17,297 bases of DNA from Armatimonadota bacterium (GTDB lineage Bacteria; Sysuimicrobiota; Sysuimicrobiia; Sysuimicrobiales; Humicultoraceae). The position numbers were made by a program, and so were the translations under genes. The stretch covers positions 2,949 through 20,245 of the forward strand of contig JBBIJB010000042.1 in the NCBI GenBank assembly GCA_037446215.1. Reading direction: 5' to 3'. A model generated the notes under the pieces. The model had not been told where the DNA came from and ran no database searches. It saw only the letters and a list, made by a program, of their open reading frames with translations. Position 1 is the stretch's first letter, and each line of letters starts with the position of its first letter. Positions 1-6,422 of this stretch are shown piece after piece.

Positions 1-461
1 AAGAAGTTGTTCGCGACTTGATGCACGACTGGCGCCACGAGGATAGCTGGGTAAGCAAAGGCCCATCCGCTTCGATCGAGTCCTCCGCCCATCCGAGCGA
101 AGACCCATGCAGCGAGGCCAACGCTCAAAGCAGCCTGGCAGCCATTGACCAACGCCCTCCAAGGAACCCACCTCCTCGAAACCGCAAAGCCGATGGTTCG
201 TCCGAAACCAACGACCAGCACTGCGGTAATTGGGGTGAGAACGTAGATTGCCAGATATGATAGGACGGTGCTAGGGGTAATGGCGCCCCCTCGCGGATCC
301 TCAACGCGTATGGAAAAAGCAACTACAAGGGTGGCGAAGAAGAGGGCTAATTCGGCCCAATTGCCCCAATCCACCAAGTCCGCTGAAGCGGACGCAATGA
401 TGGTTGCGGCGCCAATGACGAGGGTGACGAATAGCCGGACCGGCTGAGATACTTGCCGCAT
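1..461 (-). CDS. Partial (3' end outside the window) multi-pass membrane protein; likely the N-terminal membrane sensor (MASE-like) domain of a signalling protein such as an HD-GYP, GGDEF or histidine kinase
   Basis: Not in the ORF track because it has no stop in the window. Manual translation from the ATG at 461 gives 153 open codons: MRQVSQPVRLFVTLVIGAATIIASASADLVDWGNWAELALFFATLVVAFSIRVEDPRGGAITPSTVLSYLAIYVLTPITAVLVVGFGRTIGFAVSRRWVPWRALVNGCQAALSVGLAAWVFARMGGGLDRSGWAFAYPAILVAPVVHQVANNF. It has about 6 hydrophobic segments, and the 'N-x-x-Q-x-x-L-S...A-x-x-V-F-x-x-x-GG' pattern recalls membrane domains preceding HD-GYP/GGDEF domains. AAGGGA lies just upstream of the ATG. Confidence 0.75.
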   Translation of the reverse strand, partial: MRQVSQPVRLFVTLVIGAATIIASASADLVDWGNWAELALFFATLVVAFSIRVEDPRGGAITPSTVLSYLAIYVLTPITAVLVVGFGRTIGFAVSRRWVPWRALVNGCQAALSVGLAAWVFARMGGGLDRSGWAFAYPAILVAPVVHQVANNF

Positions 462-494
462 CGTTCCCTTCGAATAGAAGACCAGACCGACAGC

Positions 495-566
495 CTAGAT
501 CTCTCGCTCGCCACCCAGCAGCATCCCTCGAGCAATCGCGTTGCAGATTGCGCGAACGACCTTCAC
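495..566 (-). CDS. Putative 23-aa peptide MKVVRAICNAIARGMLLGGEREI
   Basis: GTG at 566 preceded by SD-like GGGTGA; TAG at 497-495; 33 nt upstream of the sensor gene on the same strand. Below the ORF-track size cut-off. Confidence 0.5.
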   Translation of the reverse strand: MKVVRAICNAIARGMLLGGEREI

Positions 567-724
567 GTTTCACCCAGAATGAGCCGCTTCTCCGCGCGCT
601 GCTCTATCCGAGGGTGGTCAGGTGGCCCTCTGCCGATTATGAGTTCGGCCTGCCTGAGGGCGCCTTCTTCAGTTGCGACGTGGAGTGTCGCCCTTGCTAT
701 GCTGTCGGTCCGGTAGCCGCTACT

Positions 725-751
725 ATTCGCCTCCCCCAGAGATTCTCCTGC
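725..751 (-). promoter_or_regulatory. Sigma-H-like promoter motif
   Basis: The minus strand reads GCAGGAGAATCTCTGGGGGAGGCGAAT, i.e. AGGA-N17-GAAT, the Bacillus SigH-type arrangement. It points toward the peptide and sensor genes. Confidence 0.5.
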
Positions 752-822
752 CGGCCGGCCGTGACTCGCACGAGGCTCGGCCCCAGGGCGGTACCTCCGC
801 TGTGAAACCACGTCTACAAGAT

Positions 823-2442
823 CTACCTGTCACGTTCCTGCCCTTCGTCAAGCGGCCTGAGTCTACCCGCGATCTGCTTGGCCGCTCTCGCCACCACAAC
901 CGCGACCGCAACGGTGGCCGCAAGCCCGAGCGCCTGGATCGGCGCCTGGAGGAGCAGCGTGAGCCATCCCACTCCCACGATCAGGAGCGTTACCTTGTTC
1001 AGCCACCGTTGCTCCGATGCCTCGAACTCGGGATCGACTGCCGAAGTCGAGGAACGCAGCACCGCCCAGACCGAGGAAAGAGCCGGAAGCAGCCCGCGGC
1101 CGGCATCCGGTGTTGGGAACCTCCCGGACCCTTCAAGGATCGTCTGGATGTCAACGGGGCGCTCCGGCTCCGCGGATCGGTACCTCCACAGCGCCGGGAA
1201 TAGGCGAGCGGCCAGTGACGTCCCGAGAAGCGAGATCGAGGCCATCGCGATTATCGCCGTCCGGATTCCTGCGGCATCCGCCAGCTTCCCGAACCCGAGG
1301 AGCGCGGCGACTCGCATCAGCGCCACGAGCACCTGGCGGGTTGTGATCACACGCCCCACCTTGTCCGCCGGGGTGTACTCCATCACCAGCGTTGACACGT
1401 TGACGAACAGGAGCATGTTGGCAAACCCGACCCAGAATCCGGTGACGAGGAGCACCACATAGTTTGGGCTGAGCCCCATGGCGCCGGTCGCCAGCGCCCA
1501 GAGGACGTAGGCGAAGACGATCGCCTGCCCTCTTGGAACTCGGCCTCCCTTCCAACCGAGGAGGAGCGAAGAGCCTATGAACCCCAGCCCCCAGACGCTC
1601 TGGAACCACCCGAACTGCTGGTCGGTGACGCCGAGCACGCCCTTGGCGAGCGGAGTCTGAAGCGAGTTCAGGCCTGCGACCCAGAACCCTCCGATCAGGA
1701 AGGCCAGCAGAGCAACCTGAACCCCGTCTCCCCTTATGTAGCGAAGCCCCTCCCTGATGGCTTCCACCGCGCCGGTGCGGGGACGCGCCTCGCCGGCAGC
1801 GCCCTGTGCGCGACCGGCCGCGGGGCTGCCGGGCAGCCGCATTGCGGCCACGAAGCACGCCGATCCAAGGTAGGTAAGTGAGTCAACGTAGAGCGCGGCG
1901 GCATAGCCCAGGGCGGCGACGAGCACGCCGGCGAGAGCCGGGCCGAAGACCTCGGTGGCGGAGTCCATCGAGGCGAAGAAGGCGTTGGCCTGCAGCAACC
2001 GAGGCCTGGGCACCGACTGCGGGATTACGGCGAACATGGCGGGCCTGAAGAACGCCGAGGCCGCCGAGATGAGGAAGAGGGTCAGGTAGACCCAGGCCAT
2101 TCCATGGTCCATCAGCCAGGGGATGAGGGCAACCAGACCTGCCCGCGCGAGGTCTGCGGCGATCAGTATCCTGCGCCGATCAAGCCGGTCGACCAGGGCT
2201 CCGGCGTAGAAGCCGACTACCGCCGGCGCTATCATGAGCGCCATTATCGCGTACGAGACGGAGAGCGCAGAGCCGGTCTTCGCGTAGATCCAGAGCGATA
2301 TCGCAACCCAGTGGAAGCGATCCCCGACCTGGGAGACGAGCTGACCGCTCCACAGAAGGGCGTAGTTGCGGTGGCGCATCAACTCCAGGAAGCCGCCCTG
2401 GGCGTCGTGCGCGGACTCTGGTGTCGGTCCCTGGCGTATCAC
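823..2442 (-). CDS. MFS transporter (MefA/EntS, DHA3-like) with C-terminal extension
   Basis: N-terminus RNYALLWSGQLVSQVGD; MFS motif A GALVDRLDRRR; 12-TM-like hydrophobic pattern; GRV motif near TM10-11; GAGG 7 nt before the GTG start. Confidence 0.9.
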   Translation of the reverse strand: MIRQGPTPESAHDAQGGFLELMRHRNYALLWSGQLVSQVGDRFHWVAISLWIYAKTGSALSVSYAIMALMIAPAVVGFYAGALVDRLDRRRILIAADLARAGLVALIPWLMDHGMAWVYLTLFLISAASAFFRPAMFAVIPQSVPRPRLLQANAFFASMDSATEVFGPALAGVLVAALGYAAALYVDSLTYLGSACFVAAMRLPGSPAAGRAQGAAGEARPRTGAVEAIREGLRYIRGDGVQVALLAFLIGGFWVAGLNSLQTPLAKGVLGVTDQQFGWFQSVWGLGFIGSSLLLGWKGGRVPRGQAIVFAYVLWALATGAMGLSPNYVVLLVTGFWVGFANMLLFVNVSTLVMEYTPADKVGRVITTRQVLVALMRVAALLGFGKLADAAGIRTAIIAMASISLLGTSLAARLFPALWRYRSAEPERPVDIQTILEGSGRFPTPDAGRGLLPALSSVWAVLRSSTSAVDPEFEASEQRWLNKVTLLIVGVGWLTLLLQAPIQALGLAATVAVAVVVARAAKQIAGRLRPLDEGQERDR

Positions 2443-2549
2443 AAGTCCGCCTCGAGGGTGGCGGACTGCCGGCCCAGCCCACCGGAGCTGATGGCTCGTT
2501 GGCCCACTTCTACTGTAGAGTGCTGCTCTCTAGCGATCCGCGCCCATCA

Positions 2550-2575
2550 AGGAATTCGGCGCCGCAGTCGTGAAT
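2550..2575 (+). promoter_or_regulatory. Sigma-H-like promoter motif upstream of the namZ-like gene
   Basis: AGGAATTCGGCGCCGCAGTCGTGAAT is AGGA-N18-GAAT and ends 11 nt before the ATG at 2587. No SD is evident, consistent with a very short leader. Confidence 0.4.
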
Positions 2576-2586
2576 CTAAGACAACC

Positions 2587-3798
2587 ATGCGAGGCCGTTC
2601 TTCCCTGCTGGTGCTCCTCCTCCTGATGTGCCTACTGCCGCCTGCCGAGGCCACCGGCACGCCGCAGTCAGGCCCGACGCGGCCCGGCGTGGATGTTCTT
2701 CTGGAGACACCGAGCTTCCTGCCGGCCGGCCGGATAGGGCTGGTCACCCACGCCGCAGGCCTGACCAGCACGGGGGAACCTACGTCGACGGTACTCCTGA
2801 GGGACCCGCGCTTCTCGGTCGCCGCGATGTTTGCCCCTGAGCACGGGTTGGCAGGGACTGTGCCTGCGGGGCAGGCGGTTCCCGACCAGATGAGCCGGGT
2901 ACCGGTGTACAGCCTGTACGGAGTCACCAGGCGCCCCACGCCCGAGATGTTGGCGGGGATAGACCTCTTCGTCGTGGACCTCCAGGACGTGGGCGCGCGC
3001 GCCTACACATACGTCTCTACGATGGCGCTCGTGATGGAGGTGGCCCGGTCAGCCGGGAAGCCGGTCGTGGTTCTTGACCGACCAAATCCACAGGGAGGAG
3101 TCCAGGTAGACGGGCCGATTCTGGAGCCGGCCTACCGCTCGTTTATCGGGATGTATCCCATCCCTCTCGTCCACGGGATGACCATCGGGGAGCTCGCCCA
3201 GCTGTTCAACGGGCTCTATGACATCAACGCCACGCTGTACGTGGTCCCTATGCGGGGATGGACGCGGCGAACCACATGGCAGGAGACGGGCCTCACATGG
3301 GCGCGGCCGTCTCCGAACATCCGTACCATGATGACGCCGTTCTACTACGCCGCGACAGGGGTCCTGGACGGCACCACGCTCTCGGCCGGCGTCTGGACCC
3401 AGCACCCCTTCGAGGTGGTCGTGAGCCCTTGGCTGGATGGACACCGGCTGGCGGGGCGGCTAAACGGGATCGGGCTGCCCGGCGTCACCTTCGAGCCCTA
3501 TGAGGCACTGAGAGGTGAGGTGAATCACCGCGGGGTGCGGCTTCACATCAACGACACAGGCAGGTTCAGGCCGGCGACGACGGCGGTACACATCCTCACG
3601 GAGGTCCGGAGGCTGCACGGTAACCAGCTGTCGTTCGTGCCCCGCGGGGGGCGGTACATGTTCGACTTCGTATGGGGAACGAGCACCGTCCGAAAGGCGA
3701 TCCTGCGCGGGGCGCCCGCCTCAGCAATCGTGGCGCGCTGGGAGCCCGAGCTCCGGCGGTTTCAGATGCTGAGGAGTCCGTACCTGATCTACCCGTAG
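2587..3798 (+). CDS. namZ: DUF1343 / exo-beta-N-acetylmuramidase NamZ family protein (GH171-like), secreted
   Basis: Motifs FAPEHG, VYSLYG, DLQDVGARAYTY, VLDRPNP, HGMTIGELA, PSPN and C-terminal YLIY. The start is reassigned to ATG 2587, which gives a signal peptide (MRGRSSLLVLLLLMCLLPPAEA). The upstream part of the 564-aa track ORF is antisense to the MFS gene. Confidence 0.88.
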   Translation: MRGRSSLLVLLLLMCLLPPAEATGTPQSGPTRPGVDVLLETPSFLPAGRIGLVTHAAGLTSTGEPTSTVLLRDPRFSVAAMFAPEHGLAGTVPAGQAVPDQMSRVPVYSLYGVTRRPTPEMLAGIDLFVVDLQDVGARAYTYVSTMALVMEVARSAGKPVVVLDRPNPQGGVQVDGPILEPAYRSFIGMYPIPLVHGMTIGELAQLFNGLYDINATLYVVPMRGWTRRTTWQETGLTWARPSPNIRTMMTPFYYAATGVLDGTTLSAGVWTQHPFEVVVSPWLDGHRLAGRLNGIGLPGVTFEPYEALRGEVNHRGVRLHINDTGRFRPATTAVHILTEVRRLHGNQLSFVPRGGRYMFDFVWGTSTVRKAILRGAPASAIVARWEPELRRFQMLRSPYLIYP

Positions 3799-3801
3799 GT
3801 A

Positions 3802-4166
3802 GGGGAGCAGGCCTGTAAGCCGGGTTCTGTGCGCCGGCTCGCCATTGAGGGCGGCACGGCGTGGCTGTCATCCCTCTAGGGCCACCGGTTGCCCGGGACC
3901 TCAAGCGGCCTACCCGGGGATCGGCGGGCAGCCTCATCTCCCCCTATCTGGCCTTGCTCCGGGTGGGGTTTGCCCGGCCGGCCCGTCACCGGGCCGCCGG
4001 CGGGCTCTTACCCCGCCATTTCACCCTTGCCGGCCGGAGGACCGGCGGTGTGTTTCTGTGGCACTTTCCCTGGGGTCGCCCCCGCTGGGAGTTACCCAGC
4101 ACCCTGCCCTGTGGAGCCCGGACTTTCCTCGTCGCCGGTGGCGACGCGACCGCCCGGCCTGCTCCC
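3802..4166 (-). ncRNA. rnpB: RNase P RNA, bacterial type A
   Basis: The minus strand carries the conserved motifs GAGGAAAGTCCGGGCTCC, GAAAGTGCCACAGAAA, GGGTGAAA..GGTAAGAGC, GGCAAACCCCACCCGGAGCAAGGCC and ACAGAACCCGGCTTA. P1 helix: GGGAGCAGGCC / GGCCTGCTCCC. Confidence 0.98.
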
Positions 4167-4172
4167 TGCTCG

Positions 4173-4201
4173 ATCGTAGCACCAGGGCCTTGGAGGGTCA
4201 A
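4173..4201 (-). promoter_or_regulatory. Sigma-70/A promoter of rnpB
   Basis: TTGACC (4201-4196), 17-nt spacer, TACGAT (4178-4173), with an extended -10 TG. It lies about 6 nt upstream of the P1 5' strand. Confidence 0.75.
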
Positions 4202-4238
4202 ACGAACCCGGTCTCCCAGGACAGGCAGGCCGACCGGC

Positions 4239-5549
4239 CTAGCTCTGGCCCGGTTCTGCGAACGCCTCGTAGACCAGCCTGCCGACTTCGGCCACCGCGG
4301 CGGTACCGGGTGCGTCCTCGACCAGGTCACGTGTGAAGACACAGAGGAGCACCGGTCCCTTGGGCATGAACAGCACGCCGGCGTCGTTGCGGACCCCCAT
4401 GATCGAGCCCGTCTTGTGGGCGATCTCGGCCTCCGGCGGAAGGTGCAGGGGCAGCCGGTCCCTGATCTGCTGGCGCCGCAGATAGGCCAACGCCTGCTCG
4501 CGCACGTTCGCAGAGAGCCTTCCCGGGGTCACGAGCGTGTCGAGCAAGGCGACCATCTCTCGCGGGGTGGTCACGTTGTTGCCGGTGTCCGCGTAGGCCC
4601 TCCCGGCGAACTTCCGCTCTCGCAGCCTCAGCGCCCTCTCGACCTCGATGCGCGCGGCGTCCGTGAAGGGCCCCTCGGGCCGTCCAGCCAGGTCGAACAG
4701 CATCTGCCGGCAGGTCAGCGGGACACGGGTCACCTCCAACCCCCACGACTGGAGACGCGCGTTTATCGACTCCCTTCCCAATCTCTCTACGAGGATGTCC
4801 GTCGCGGAGTTGTCGCTGATGATGATCATCAGCATTGCGAGATCGGAGATGCTGAGGGCGGGGGATGAACTCAGCTCCTTAAGGACGCCAGAGCCGGGCG
4901 ACTTCAGCTCCTCGGAAACGACCACCCTCTCATCCAACCGCAGGCGCCCCTCCTCCGCCTGGAGGAGCAGCTCCAAGAGGACGGGGATCTTGAAGACACT
5001 GGCGGTGGGAAACGGCCTGTCCGGGTTGTGGTAAATCTCAAGCCCGTCCCAGGTAGATCTAACGCCTATCCCGGCCACGCCGTTGAGGCGTCGGGCCACA
5101 TCCTCGAGGGCTCCCGGTAGGGAGTCCGGCGTGACGCGTTCTGGACGAGACCCCCCCTCATCGAGGGCACGGTTGGCCAGGAGGTCGGCTGCCGAGTTGC
5201 GCCCGCGGGGGATGTGGGTCAGGCGCCAGCGCCCAACAAGCCCGAGCTGTTCCCTCGCGGCCCGGTGCAAGGGAGCCAGCAGAGGGCTCTTCACACGGAA
5301 CTCGCCGCGAATCTGCCGGACCAGCAGGTCGCTGTCTGCGTAGATCTCAAGGTCGTCGCCTCCGAGCCGCCGCGCCGCTTCGACCCCCCTCAGCAGGGCT
5401 GTGTACTCGGCAACGTTGTTGGTGGTCTCCCCCAGTCGCTCCGAGATCTCCATGAGGGATTTGCCCTCATGGTCCTCCACCACCACGCCGATTGCGGCCG
5501 GTCCTGGGTTGCCCCTCGAGGCGCCGTCTATGAAGAGCATAAGCTTCAA
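4239..5549 (-). CDS. Fusion of ribonuclease HI (aa ~1-130) and a class A beta-lactamase-like serine hydrolase (aa ~143-436)
   Basis: RNase H motifs DGASRGNPG, TNNVAEY, ADSDLLVRQ and HIPRGRNSAADLLAN give the acidic tetrad D8/E48/D72/D122. Penicillin-recognising motifs are S184-V-F-K187, S245-D-N and K379-T-G. One uninterrupted frame; start is TTG 5549 or ATG 5540. Confidence 0.9.
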   Translation of the reverse strand: MKLMLFIDGASRGNPGPAAIGVVVEDHEGKSLMEISERLGETTNNVAEYTALLRGVEAARRLGGDDLEIYADSDLLVRQIRGEFRVKSPLLAPLHRAAREQLGLVGRWRLTHIPRGRNSAADLLANRALDEGGSRPERVTPDSLPGALEDVARRLNGVAGIGVRSTWDGLEIYHNPDRPFPTASVFKIPVLLELLLQAEEGRLRLDERVVVSEELKSPGSGVLKELSSSPALSISDLAMLMIIISDNSATDILVERLGRESINARLQSWGLEVTRVPLTCRQMLFDLAGRPEGPFTDAARIEVERALRLRERKFAGRAYADTGNNVTTPREMVALLDTLVTPGRLSANVREQALAYLRRQQIRDRLPLHLPPEAEIAHKTGSIMGVRNDAGVLFMPKGPVLLCVFTRDLVEDAPGTAAVAEVGRLVYEAFAEPGQS

Positions 5550-5568
5550 CTCCTATCCCCCTTTCGAC

Positions 5569-6297
5569 TCAGCCAGGCCGCTCCTCCTGAAGGTGCTCCG
5601 GCGCGATCAACAACCGACCGCAACCGTCGCATGCGGCATTTGCGTCCGGATCCTGGAGCACGCGCTGGACCTTACCCTCCGGAACTGCGACGTGACACGC
5701 ATCGCAGATGCCGGAGCGTATGGTGGTCACGACCACGCCCCTCTTGCCCGGTCGAAGGCGCTCGTAGCGGCGGAGAAGCGCCTCGTCTATCTCGGGAGCG
5801 AGCGCCTCCCGCTGCGCGGCGATCTCCGCAATCCTCCTGTCCGCCGCCGCCATCCCCTCGACATAGGCGGCTGCTCTCTCGGCCAGCTTCGCGCGGGTCT
5901 CCTCGAGGGAGCGCTCCTCCCCGATGGCGACGGGTTCCATCTCGTCCAAGCGCTCCAGCTCTGCCAGCAGCCGGTCCTCAAGGGAAGCTCTCTGGCGGTC
6001 CAGGACGTGAGTTTCCTCCTGCAGCGCAGCCAGCTCCTTTGGGTTCCCGATGCGCCCGCTGTAGAGGTCGGATTCAGCCTTCGCGCGCTTGGCCTCGAGC
6101 GCCTCCAGTTCAAGCTCAAGCGCGCGCACGCGGCTCCGGCCCGCGGCGATCTCCTGCCGCATGCCGTCGAGGCGGCTCTCAGCCTCCTCAACCGCAATCC
6201 TGAGGCCGGCTCCGTCATCGAGCGCGGCGCGGCGCGCGGACTCCTCGGCGGCGGCCACGTCCAGTTGCTGCAGGCGATAGAGGAGCACAAGGCTCAC
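5569..6297 (-). CDS. C4-type zinc-ribbon domain coiled-coil protein (zf-RING_7 / CT398 / Rv2229c-like)
   Basis: N-terminal LYRLQQLD; long coiled coil with LYSGRIGNPKELAALQEE; LLRRYERLR; C-terminal CDAC...CDGCGRLL. The GTG at 6297 after GGAGGAGG is preferred over ATG 6327. Confidence 0.9.
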   Translation of the reverse strand: MSLVLLYRLQQLDVAAAEESARRAALDDGAGLRIAVEEAESRLDGMRQEIAAGRSRVRALELELEALEAKRAKAESDLYSGRIGNPKELAALQEETHVLDRQRASLEDRLLAELERLDEMEPVAIGEERSLEETRAKLAERAAAYVEGMAAADRRIAEIAAQREALAPEIDEALLRRYERLRPGKRGVVVTTIRSGICDACHVAVPEGKVQRVLQDPDANAACDGCGRLLIAPEHLQEERPG

Positions 6298-6422
6298 GCG
6301 AGGCCGCCCTCCTCCGAATCCCCCCATGGCCGCGGCCGCTCCAGGCCGCGCGGGATGCGCTTCAGCATAGGATGAGCGGTAGGGAAGCCCGGGTGTGTTA
6401 GTGGGATCCCGCGGACGGCCGC

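Noticed and set aside
632..649. GCCGA-ACTCATAA-TCGGC resembling a tRNA(CAT) anticodon arm
   Set aside because: The loop is 8 nt and there are no flanking D arm, T arm or acceptor stem. It is not a tRNA or a convincing att remnant.
563..811. 82-aa minus-strand ORF whose TGA overlaps the peptide's GTG
   Set aside because: It has no SD and no recognisable motif, and it spans the putative promoter. The GTGA overlap alone is insufficient.
2104..2586. 161-aa N-terminal extension of the 564-aa ORF (apparent NamZ fusion)
   Set aside because: It is mostly antisense to the MFS gene and crosses the intergenic promoter region. A clean signal peptide starts at ATG 2587.
3596..4868. ORFs overlapping rnpB (113, 163, 335, 96 and 118 aa)
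   Set aside because: These are shadow ORFs over a GC-rich structural RNA and the antisense strand of the fusion gene.
4239..5120. Calling the serine hydrolase an antibiotic-resistance beta-lactamase
   Set aside because: It has no export signal and no ExxLN/E166 motif. The family motifs alone do not imply resistance.
5214..6375. 329-aa and 324-aa plus-strand ORFs
   Set aside because: They are antisense to well-supported genes and carry no motifs, typical of high-GC shadow frames.
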